64,000 bases of DNA from Setoptus koraiensis. Taxonomy: Eukaryota > Animalia > Arthropoda. Of the stretch, positions 38,101 to 46,851 are shown one piece after another. Made by a program: the position numbers and the translations under genes. How positions within the stretch are numbered: position 1 is the stretch's first letter; each line of letters starts with the position of its first letter. The stretch covers positions 6,138,001-6,202,000 of the forward strand of contig CM106585.1 of the NCBI GenBank assembly GCA_048013815.1, given 5' to 3'. The notes beneath the pieces were generated by a model. It made no database searches, was not told where the DNA came from, and saw only the letters and a list, made by a program, of their open reading frames with translations.

Positions 38101-38435
38101 CTGTACTAGGCGTGGAGTGTTTGCTCATCCGCGCAGTTGTGGACAATTTATAGTATGCGCCCCTCAGTCTAGATCTCTCAAGGCGTTGAGACCCTTCGAG
38201 CATCATTGTCCAGCCGAACAAATCTTTCACGTTAGTATATTCCGGATAGTTGCCGAAACAACGATTCAATTACAATATATGCTCATGATGATCACACTCT
38301 AATTTCAATAACTAACCTTGTCCCATGCTCTATCTCTCTATTATCTATCTTCATCATTATCATTCGCAGGATTCGTTTGGAAGATGCAGACCCAAGAGCC
38401 TACAAACTGATCTGACTAAATTTTGTTTGAATTGA
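32155..38435 (+). CDS. Cht6: Group VI-type GH18 chitinase, 5 exons (32155-33509, 33674-33842, 34053-34180, 34369-38230, 38370-38435), 5580 nt, 1859 aa: signal peptide, low-complexity N-extension, GH18, CBM14, long Q/N/S/T linker, C-terminal CBM14
   Basis: Signal peptide MRPASLAGLLASAAIVLGTTLLLLQ; IVCYLGSWSTYRPG; CTHIIYAFA; AVGGWNEG; intact catalytic FDGLDLDWEYP (exon 2); VDFMNVLTYDY; GNQWVSYDD; GGVMVWTLDNDDF; CBM14 DCKKYFWCLDSGPANLGIVAHAFTCPSGLFFN typical of arthropod Cht6. All four introns are GT-AG and restore the frame; total length is divisible by 3. Confidence 0.92.
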
Positions 38436-38599
38436 TCGTTTAGACTAGCACACTAATCGACATAGTGATATTGATGATGAAATTAATCTATTGCGTCAAG
38501 TGTGTTATATAAGTGTTCTTCTGTATAGAATAGAATAAACAACGTTCAAATTAGATTATCCAATGATCAGTAATAAATCGAGCTAAACGTATATGTGCG

Positions 38600-39190
38600 A
38601 GGAGATAAGGAGAGTTGAATTGCTTTTCGTCAGTGAATCCATTGCAATTGCCAGTCACTTGCCCATGCCGGGGTTTCCACAACCTCGTTGTTTTCTTTGA
38701 AAATAAATTGAATTCCTCTCTTAACGACCGGCGAGGCGTGAAATTCCAGCAAAATTGCATTCATCTTGGCAGTAACTGTCCACGGACAGTCACTCGAGAC
38801 CTTCTAGTTGCTGGCGGTCCCGAAAAACTACTCTAGTCCACTATCTATTTTGACCGCCATTCAGCCTAGTTAACAAGCTATCTTCGATAGACCCCACGTA
38901 TGCCCTGCAAACTCATGCTGTTCGAGCGATATCGGAAATCGGTATCACTTTATAAGAATATCATATGGTATACACTTGATGATTACTGTCTAGGTCGCGC
39001 TCAAACAGACTTTTGGGGCCGGAGGTAAGAGGTATCTTTGGTGAGGCCAGAGGGCTCTTTGCCGACTCACATTTTGTGAGTCACAAGAGACAAGTGGCTC
39101 GGAAGTGGAAGTTACGCCATTCAAAAATCGCGCCCCACCGGGGTAACAAATATCGGCATCGCATATAGTGCTGACATTTGTGACATTGTT
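38600..39190 (-). pseudogene. Decayed beta'-COP (COPB2/Sec27)-like WD40 relic, copy 3
   Basis: Minus strand: STICDADI (FEVCDLPV), RQRALWPHQRYL (RVHMFEAHSDYI), DILIK*YRFPISLEQHEFAGHTW at 38894-38962 ([24 protein letters not shown], nearly identical spacing), FFGTAS (QFASAS), LEFH, KTTRLWKP (GTVRIWHS). Confidence 0.55.
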
Positions 39191-39799
39191 AGTGGTCAAA
39201 ATCAAAACAATCGAAATAAATCTAAATAAAATTAAATAAATAAATAAGTTAATCATTAGTGCGCAACAATGATTGCTATTGCTCTGTGTTTCGTTTGTGG
39301 GCCGACTGAATCTAATCGATCAACTATCACCTAGGTGGAGCAGCGGTGCAATGGCGGTGTGTTGCAAAGTGGTGTCTATTATGCGCACAATAATTTTGCC
39401 CGCAGAGAGAGGTATGCCCCCGATGCAGTAGCGCAAAAGACGTAGCTTATTTAGTCCAATAGATACCTCGTCGTCGCCTACCTAAATGCTGCTGCTGTTC
39501 CGTTTGAGCGTTCCTCTCCGATTGTATCAAACGGCATCAATTACGAATGCATTATCATTGTTTTTATCATTTGTTTGTTGATACCACAACTGCTTGGACC
39601 TCACAATTATTATTATCATCATTATTGACTATATCAATCTGGAAAAGGCCCACATACACAACAATCACCATCTAGCTATCGACCAACAACAGCAACAACA
39701 CACACACACACACACACACTTCCATTATTATACTTACCATTATTCTTATTATTGCTGCTATTACTGTTATAAATATTCTTACTATCCTCCTTCTTAATA

Positions 39800-40471
39800 A
39801 TGGTTGAGGATCTCTACGATTCAATAGTGAATGACGTGATTTCCAATGTGCGGGAGGCCTTCCTCGACGATGGAGTCGACGAACAAACACTGTCAGAATT
39901 GAAGAAGGCATGGCTGACAAAAATGAAAGAATCTTCCAAGGGCTCAGTGACTGCTGTAACGGCGCCACAAACAACAACAGTGGCACCACCAACAGCGACC
40001 GCTGCAACAAATCGACAAAACCAAATTATCAATAACAACAATAGCAACACCAACAATAATATTCATACTACAAATATAACCAATTCTATAATTACCACAA
40101 CACCAAGTAATACCACCACCACCACCTCTGCCATCAGACAACTAGATGGCTCCAATGACACTAGTGATGAAGATGATGACGAAGAAAACGAAGACGATTA
40201 TCCAGATGATGAGTTAGATATTAGCGAAGATGGCGATAGAGAAACAGATCCATCAGAGAATCGTGATGATGAAGATCCATTAAATTCGGAAGATGATGTT
40301 AGCAATGGAGACGCTTCGGAATTATTTGAAACAGATAATGTCGTTGTTTGCCAATACGACAAAATATCACGCGTCAGAAATAGGTGGAAGTTTCATCTTA
40401 AAGATGGTGTCATGAATCTACATGGGAAGGATTATGTTTTCCAGAAGGCTGTCGGCGACGCCGAATGGTAA
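39800..40471 (+). CDS. GTF2A1: Transcription initiation factor IIA large subunit (alpha/beta precursor), 223 aa, single exon
   Basis: N-domain LYDSIVNDVISNVREAFLDDGVDEQTLSELKKAW; QLDG cleavage-type motif; acidic stretch DPLNSEDDVS; C-domain DNVVVCQYDKISRVRNRWKFHLKDGVMNLHGKDYVFQKAVGDAEW. Confidence 0.95.
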   Translation: MVEDLYDSIVNDVISNVREAFLDDGVDEQTLSELKKAWLTKMKESSKGSVTAVTAPQTTTVAPPTATAATNRQNQIINNNNSNTNNNIHTTNITNSIITTTPSNTTTTTSAIRQLDGSNDTSDEDDDEENEDDYPDDELDISEDGDRETDPSENRDDEDPLNSEDDVSNGDASELFETDNVVVCQYDKISRVRNRWKFHLKDGVMNLHGKDYVFQKAVGDAEW

Positions 40472-40620
40472 TAAACTCTATTATTAATGAGCAAAATTTG
40501 AATCAATCACACATTCTACATTTGCTCATATCGACATACACAAAAAAGAAAGCATATTATCTTGAAAGGAGGCCAGAGAAAGTTAGAGTCGGCTTAAAAA
40601 AATCCATTTCCTTTTATTGT

Positions 40621-41880
40621 TCACTTCGACGCAGTAGTCGAAGTCAATATTTTCATCAACTGGACGATACCTTGTTGCTCTTGTTTGAGGTGTGTTTTGA
40701 TATCAGACAAAAGACCTTCATCTAGATTATAGATAGAAGCACGCTGTTGTTGATTTTGCAACTGCTTCAGTTGGGACATAAGCTCACTAAGGCACCCCTT
40801 ATATTTGTTTGGAGCATGGAGTTCAGATAGGATATTCTCTAATCTAGCCCTCAACTTTTCCTCATCAGCTTGAATTGGATATCCCTTTTTGTTTGTGATC
40901 TCCTGCCAAATAAGGATCTTCAAAACTCTGTTGAATAAAAGTACCTTCTTTCTCCTACATTCATCTAGCTTGGATTTTTGGGACGCAACCCCTTTCTGTA
41001 GGGTGGCCAATTGCTCGGTCAGATTTCTAAGACGAATTTTTTGTTGTTCAGTTTCATATTGCTGTATTTTGAAACGCTCATTCAATGCTTGAAAGCCTAT
41101 CAAAGGAACCGGTATGAATCGTGATGGGTCAGGATTTTTTTGTTTGGCTTGCGTCCATGAATTGACGTCTATTCCTGCAGGTGGATTCTCCAGATACTCA
41201 TCAATATCTTGTTTACTCACTGCTGCCTGCAAAGGTATCAATTGGAGAAGATTGTTACCCATGATTTGATTCAATTGCTGAGATTGTTGGGGCTGATTGA
41301 GATGCCTGAGAATATCGTTGGCTGGTACTTTCCTATTTGTTGTGGTATCCATCATGGAGATCGTCATCATGGCTTTTTGGTCGGGCATCATCCTGATCGA
41401 TTCAATCTTGGCGTTATAGTTATGACCGAACATCATCTTGAGAGAGTTTTCCATCTGAGGGAATGAGAGCTTAATCTGATTCTCATCGGTAGTGGTTTTG
41501 ATTAAAACTCCGAAACGTTGATCATCTTTCTTGGGATTGTTTACAATTTCTGAATATCCTATGGCCTTGAATCTATGTGGCGCCATAGTGTTGGTCAGCT
41601 CGAGCGCGGGAGTGTTTACAGCATAGTAGGCTTTACCCGTGCCCCAGAAAGCCTGAAGCTTATTGAAATTTCCTATAATGGTATCTCTAGCATCATTGAA
41701 TATCCTGGGCTGAGATATTATACCCAATAATTGTTCTAGAGGTAAATTGTTAGCTTGCTGTTGTTGTTGCAGCTGTTGTTGTTGCATCTGTTGTTGTTGC
41801 ATCTGTTGTTGTTGCAACTGTTGCTGTTGCTGCTGTTGTAACATGAGTTGTTGTTGCTGTTGTTGTTGTTGTCCGAACAT
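40621..41880 (-). CDS. Nup54: Nucleoporin Nup54, 419 aa, single exon, polyQ N-terminus
   Basis: NKLQAFWGTGKAYY, RFKAIGYS, NPPAGIDVNSWTQAKQKNPD, FIPVPLIGF, GYPIQADEEKLR, APNKYKGCLSELMSQ, HLKQEQQG, all colinear with Nup54. Confidence 0.92.
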   Translation of the reverse strand: MFGQQQQQQQQLMLQQQQQQQLQQQQMQQQQMQQQQLQQQQQANNLPLEQLLGIISQPRIFNDARDTIIGNFNKLQAFWGTGKAYYAVNTPALELTNTMAPHRFKAIGYSEIVNNPKKDDQRFGVLIKTTTDENQIKLSFPQMENSLKMMFGHNYNAKIESIRMMPDQKAMMTISMMDTTTNRKVPANDILRHLNQPQQSQQLNQIMGNNLLQLIPLQAAVSKQDIDEYLENPPAGIDVNSWTQAKQKNPDPSRFIPVPLIGFQALNERFKIQQYETEQQKIRLRNLTEQLATLQKGVASQKSKLDECRRKKVLLFNRVLKILIWQEITNKKGYPIQADEEKLRARLENILSELHAPNKYKGCLSELMSQLKQLQNQQQRASIYNLDEGLLSDIKTHLKQEQQGIVQLMKILTSTTASK

Positions 41881-41974
41881 GATGTTTATTTCTAGAAATT
41901 CGACCTAGCTAAAAGATATAAACATAGATTATGGTATAGGAATGACAAATGAAACGGCAGAGTAAAAAGATTTA

Positions 41975-42290
41975 TAGTACCGCGTGATTCTCATCCAATG
42001 AATTTCTGTGCATCTCGTTGCCGAGTGTCATCTGGTGGGCTTTGCGCAAGGAACAGAATTTATAAACGAGAGCAATCGCCCATCGCAGTGCTGACGCACC
42101 TACAGCATGCCCATCACGATTATGTGCTTCTTTTTCGCTATCAGACTGTTTACTCCGATACATACGTTCAGATCCGCGAGGGCGGCGCTGCCACACTTTA
42201 TTTATCCAGCCTGAGAAATCCGCAGTTGTGGCAAATGGGGTGTTTACCTGCAGGACTGATCGAACAACTTACTATGTGTCAGTAACAGCG
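41975..42290 (-). pseudogene. Decayed beta'-COP (COPB2/Sec27)-like WD40 relic, copy 4 (extreme N-terminus)
   Basis: VVRSVLQVNTPFATTADFSGWINKVWQ (42233-42268 and on; [27 protein letters not shown]), LADLNVC..IAKKKHIIVMG (TFEVC..VARKNWVVTG), LVYKFCSLRKAHQM at 42029-42070 (RVFNYNTLERVHMF), in correct order across frameshifts. Confidence 0.55.
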
Positions 42291-42602
42291 AAAACGGCCT
42301 ACGCTTCACTACGGGCCAGAGTACGAAATCAAGAAGAAGAAACACACACCAGGCTGAGTTGTCCGTTACAAAAGCTTTACTTGCGCCCCTAGCGGATTTA
42401 TTTGAAATTCGATGTGAAGGAAAGCATTCACGCTGACTCGATTCATTCGAATTAGTTGCTGCGCTGGATCTTGCACAGAACTAACAAATGAACGATAAGA
42501 GCCTGGAGCTGCATTTGCTTCGGTAAAATTGCTCTTTCAGACACGTGCTTTTCGCCGTTTGTCATTTAGAAATTATTCAATCAATTGAAACAAGAATCCA
42601 AA

Positions 42603-43508
42603 ATGGTAAAATCAAGGAAAAACAATAAGCGATTCAAAGGAAGTCGATGGGAACCCAAACCACTGAAGGCTGCACCTCACTCATTTGTGATAAAGCGAGG
42701 CAAAATAGGCAAAAGTCTCCAAGAACTATTGGTAGATACTCGGTCAGTTTTGGAGCCTTTCACAGCGACTCAGCTCAAAGTGTTGAAAAAGAATAGTGTC
42801 AGAGATTTCGTCTCAGTCGCATCATGTCTTAATGTAACGCACATGTTAATCTTTACCAAAACTGAAAAATGTGCTTACTTGAGATTGTGTCGTCTACCAC
42901 GTGGACCTACACTAACCTATAAGATAATTGACTTTACGTTGACAAAAGATGTTATTAAATCTCAGAGAAAACCATACAGCTCCCAAAAAATGTTCGCTCA
43001 TGCTCCACTTATTATACTGAAATCTTTTAATGAAACAACAGGCTCCGAGGAAATCAACAACCCAAATCAACTGCAGACAATTGTTTGGCAAAGTCTATTC
43101 CCTTCTCTCGACATCAGGTACCTCAAGTTACCTCAGGTGAAGCGATGCTGTCTATTGCGTTTGGACCCCAAGACAGGCAATATTGAGTTCAGGCACTATG
43201 CAATCAGAGTTAAACCAGTTGGAGTATCAAAACCTATTAAGCGTCTCATAACGCACAAAAAGATCCCTGACTTAGGCAAATTCCATGATATAGATGAGGT
43301 TTTTGAAGATGGTGGTATGAGCAGTGGTGCATCTGACGGCGAGGACGATGAAGTGGATACATCCAGACATGTAGAGACACCTTCTAGCAAACTCAGTGAA
43401 ACTAACAAAAGTGCTGTGAGGCTAGTTGAGCTTGGTCCGCGGCTCACTCTGAGTTTGCATAAGATACAAGATGGACTTCTATGTGGAACAAAATTATTTG
43501 GCTCTTGA
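42603..43508 (+). CDS. ppan: Peter pan / suppressor of SWI4 1 (Brix domain, 60S biogenesis), 301 aa, single exon
   Basis: APHSFVIKRGKIG, VLEPFTATQLKVLKKNSVRDF, LRLCRLPRGPTLTYKI, IEFRHYAIRVKPVG, SAVRLVELGPRLTL (Brix sigma70-like motif). ATG at 42603 (track start 42585 is TTG). Confidence 0.93.
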   Translation: MVKSRKNNKRFKGSRWEPKPLKAAPHSFVIKRGKIGKSLQELLVDTRSVLEPFTATQLKVLKKNSVRDFVSVASCLNVTHMLIFTKTEKCAYLRLCRLPRGPTLTYKIIDFTLTKDVIKSQRKPYSSQKMFAHAPLIILKSFNETTGSEEINNPNQLQTIVWQSLFPSLDIRYLKLPQVKRCCLLRLDPKTGNIEFRHYAIRVKPVGVSKPIKRLITHKKIPDLGKFHDIDEVFEDGGMSSGASDGEDDEVDTSRHVETPSSKLSETNKSAVRLVELGPRLTLSLHKIQDGLLCGTKLFGS

Positions 43509-43918
43509 ATGACAACATTTTCGCAATTTTCTAATAAATAACAAATTTCGACAACTATATGAAAAAATCATATAAAATTATTATTATGTCGATACTCTAG
43601 AGTCTATAGGTGACCAATTGCCATTACTCCTACGATTGATTGATGTTGAAAATAACAATTGGCCACCTAGCGTGAAAACTCGCAAACTATTTCTAACGTA
43701 TTATCACTCGTGTGCGAATGATGCACGCATGTGAACGATGCATCTGGTGGTTCGCGTGTTGCGTGTAAACAAATTTCTACAAGAAATCGGACGTTTATCC
43801 AAATATACAAGTATTAGTAATACATTACATTCGATTACAATCTTCTATTTTGTATCATATTATTTATTATACATAATTATATTTATTCAATCACAGAAAA
43901 ATACTAATTTCAATAAAA

Positions 43919-46105
43919 ATGTCGTTCAACGGATCTATTTCCATCAATCAGAATATCCAAGTTGTTGTAAGATGCCGCCCACCGAATCCACATGAACAGG
44001 ACAGTATATTGAATTTCACAGACAATGAAGTTAAATTATCTCGGATAGAGAAAGCCTTCGTCTTCGATCGTGTCTTCGACGACACAGCCAGTCAATTCGA
44101 TGTGTATAAAACCGTGGCGGAGCCTCTCATAAAACAGGTACTACTAGGCTTTAACTGTACCATATTTGCTTATGGCCAAACTGGAACTGGTAAAACATAT
44201 ACAATGGAGGGAAAGCATAGTGACACAGATGCCACATGGGAAGATGATCCAGATAGTGGCATAATACCTCGTTCACTAAATCATCTTTTTGATGTATTAA
44301 CAAAACAAGAGAACGACTATGCAGTTCATGTATCCTTCTTGGAATTGTACAACGAGGAGGCATACGATCTCTTGGGTTCCCCGGATGAAAGTTTATTAAC
44401 TAAATTAAAAATATACGATGATGCAAATAAGAAGGGCTCAGTCATTATCGGTGGATTGAAAGAAACAAACGTCAAATCAAAATCAGAGATTTACGACATT
44501 TTTAGGCTCGCGGCATCGAAACGTCAAACCGCGGCGACACAACTCAACGCCTGCTCATCTAGATCGCATACAATTTTCAGCGTAACAGTGCGCTTGAAAG
44601 AAGGTTCATTGGGAGGTGGCGATGAACTACTTAGGATCGGCAAGCTAAATTTAGTTGATCTGGCGGGTAGCGAATGTGTTGGCCGTTCGGGAGCCAAGGC
44701 CGTTCGAGCACGCGAGGCCGGAAACATTAATCAGTCATTACTAACTTTAGGCAGAGTCATCACAGCTCTTGTCGAAAAGGCACCACATATTCCATATCGT
44801 GAATCAAAATTGACAAGAATCTTGCAAGATTCTCTTGGCGGTACAACAAAAACATCGATCATTGCAACTATATCACCTGCCATAACTGACCTAGAAGATA
44901 CCTGCAGTACTCTGGAGTATGCCCAGAGAGCGAAGAAAATTACTAATAAACCTGAAATAAATCAACAGTTGAAGCAAGAGAGATCCACAATAGAATACCA
45001 TCAAGAGATTCAAACATTGCATGATAGGTATCAATGTGAATTATCGGCAATGGAAATGAAGATAAGGAATGAAATCACTGATGAATGGAAAGCTGCAAAT
45101 GCCAAGCTCGAGCTTCAGTACAACCAGTCAACTCAGGAAATGTTAGCTCAACATAAGATTGATTTAGCGAAATGCTTCGCCGAACTACAATCGAAAGATG
45201 AAGAAATTCAAAGTTTGAAGCAAGCAGGAAAGCAAATCGAGGAAGCCTGGAAGCTCAAATATTCTAAACTCGAAAAGGAGCTTGATGAATCCATAGCCCA
45301 GCATAAGCTGGAGACTGAAAAATTGAACGAAAAAATTCACAGCTTGGAGGGGCTTATTAGAATAAGTGAAGAAAAGTATACTTTACTGGACGAACGCCAT
45401 AAAAAGCGTGAACTTATGTTCGAAGATCAAATTTCAATCAACAAATCAACTCAGGAAATATTAGCTCAACATAAGATTGATATAGCCAAATACTCGGCCG
45501 AACTACAATCGAAAGATGAAGAAATTCAAAGTTTGAAGCAAGCAGGAAAGCAAATCGAGGAAGCCTGGAAGCTCAAATATTCCAAACTCGAAAAGGAGCT
45601 TGATGAACCCATAGCCCAGCATAAGCTGGAGACTGAAAAATTGAACGAAAAAATTCACAGCTTGGAGCGGCTTATTAGAATAAGTGAAGAAAAGTATACT
45701 TTACAGGACGAACGCCATAAAAAGCGTGAACTCATGTTCGAAGATCAAATTTCTCAATTAGAGTTGGAGCTTAAAAAAGTTAAACCTGTTGAAGACAACA
45801 CTAGCAATAGTCCAACAACTAGCAGAGTAACACAGAAAAGAGTCCGCAAGATTATGCCAACTGTTACGGAATCAGAATATGCCAATATTACGTTCGACGA
45901 TATGAATACCTCAACTGATGAGATAGCCCAATTCACTAAGAAGCCATCTCGAAAAAGAACTATCAAGACCCCCCAAGCTAATGGATTGAGTGGCAAGAAA
46001 AGAAGAATCCAACACGAAAAAGCGGACGCTGCTCAATTGTCACCCCTAGAACAACCCATCGCTAGAGCAACTCGCTCAAGGGCGAGAAAGAAATTAGATT
46101 TTTGA
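43919..46105 (+). CDS. KIF11: Kinesin-5 (BimC/Eg5/Klp61F family) motor, 728 aa, single exon
   Basis: NIQVVVRCRP; P-loop GQTGTGKTYTMEG; Eg5-type loop 5 (TWEDDPDSGIIPR); switch I SSRSH; GKLNLVDLAGSE; RAREAGNINQSLLTLGRVITALVE; HIPYRESKLTRILQDSLGG. Confidence 0.92.
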   Translation: MSFNGSISINQNIQVVVRCRPPNPHEQDSILNFTDNEVKLSRIEKAFVFDRVFDDTASQFDVYKTVAEPLIKQVLLGFNCTIFAYGQTGTGKTYTMEGKHSDTDATWEDDPDSGIIPRSLNHLFDVLTKQENDYAVHVSFLELYNEEAYDLLGSPDESLLTKLKIYDDANKKGSVIIGGLKETNVKSKSEIYDIFRLAASKRQTAATQLNACSSRSHTIFSVTVRLKEGSLGGGDELLRIGKLNLVDLAGSECVGRSGAKAVRAREAGNINQSLLTLGRVITALVEKAPHIPYRESKLTRILQDSLGGTTKTSIIATISPAITDLEDTCSTLEYAQRAKKITNKPEINQQLKQERSTIEYHQEIQTLHDRYQCELSAMEMKIRNEITDEWKAANAKLELQYNQSTQEMLAQHKIDLAKCFAELQSKDEEIQSLKQAGKQIEEAWKLKYSKLEKELDESIAQHKLETEKLNEKIHSLEGLIRISEEKYTLLDERHKKRELMFEDQISINKSTQEILAQHKIDIAKYSAELQSKDEEIQSLKQAGKQIEEAWKLKYSKLEKELDEPIAQHKLETEKLNEKIHSLERLIRISEEKYTLQDERHKKRELMFEDQISQLELELKKVKPVEDNTSNSPTTSRVTQKRVRKIMPTVTESEYANITFDDMNTSTDEIAQFTKKPSRKRTIKTPQANGLSGKKRRIQHEKADAAQLSPLEQPIARATRSRARKKLDF
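45118..45753 (+). repeat. 318-bp (106-aa) tandem duplication in the kinesin-5 coiled-coil stalk
   Basis: tcaactcaggaaat at 45128 and 45446; gaagatcaaatttc at 45422 and 45740; offset 318 throughout; about 95% identical by eye. Confidence 0.95.
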
Positions 46106-46171
46106 TATTTGTACCCCTCATAATTGTTCAAACAAAGGTATTATACTCACAAAATTACTCACTATCATTTA

Positions 46172-46594
46172 TTATAGTTTTACAAATTTTAAATCTTTAG
46201 TCTCCAGATTAGCGGATGCAAGCAAGCGATTATCTAATTCGGGCCGGTCTGTTTCTTGGATTCGTTGAGTCAATTCGTCGCATTGTTGATTTGTGAAAAT
46301 ATATCCATAGTGACCGTTCAGAGTGAAATCCTCAAGAGACGCCTTTTTCCTCGCCTGTTTCAGAGCCAACCTGAATAAGGTGTTCTTGCCAGCGAACATA
46401 CGACCTTCTGGTTTTATATTCAATCTGAGTGACATCAGAACGTCGCTCTTCAGTCCGTCTACATCCATAACAAAAAGATTTTTGTATTGGGCAAAGTATT
46501 GCTTAACTTGATCTATCATGGAACCCTTGTGTTCTTTGCCCTTCTTCTTGACTTGCGTCAGATGAACTACTTTGTTTCTTTTTGATTTGACCAT
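46172..46594 (-). CDS. MRTO4: mRNA turnover protein 4 (Mrt4, uL10/P0 paralog), shortened to 140 aa
   Basis: Mrt4-type N-terminus MVKSKRNKVVHLTQVKKKG, YKNLFVM, RMFAGKN, GYIFTN. Confidence 0.82.
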   Translation of the reverse strand: MVKSKRNKVVHLTQVKKKGKEHKGSMIDQVKQYFAQYKNLFVMDVDGLKSDVLMSLRLNIKPEGRMFAGKNTLFRLALKQARKKASLEDFTLNGHYGYIFTNQQCDELTQRIQETDRPELDNRLLASANLETKDLKFVKL

Positions 46595-46851
46595 GTTGGG
46601 TTTTTGTTTTAATTAATTATAGATTTAATAATGTTTTGAATCGCTTGCCCAGATAGACACCAACAAGCACGTGTATTAATATATTGTTGATGGAGTGGTA
46701 TCCAAGCACATGAGCATAATTTAGAAAGCAGCGCGAAATTCGATTTGTTAAAAATTTTTTTGGTGCAGGCCCTGATAGCTCGCGTATCGCGACTAAATAG
46801 AGTTCTTTACGAAAACAACTAGTGGAGGACAAGACTCTGGGTTTGCAACGA

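Noticed and set aside
39040-39140. Kinase G-loop (LGSGSY, plus strand) or snRNA Sm-site (gatttttga, minus strand)
   Set aside because: No other kinase subdomains or snRNA stems; the interval is better explained by COP-like relic 3.
40590-40660. Possible frameshift shortening the Nup54 C-terminus (alternative frame DFDYCVEV)
   Set aside because: Only a few residues are affected and the alternative-frame match is too weak to support.
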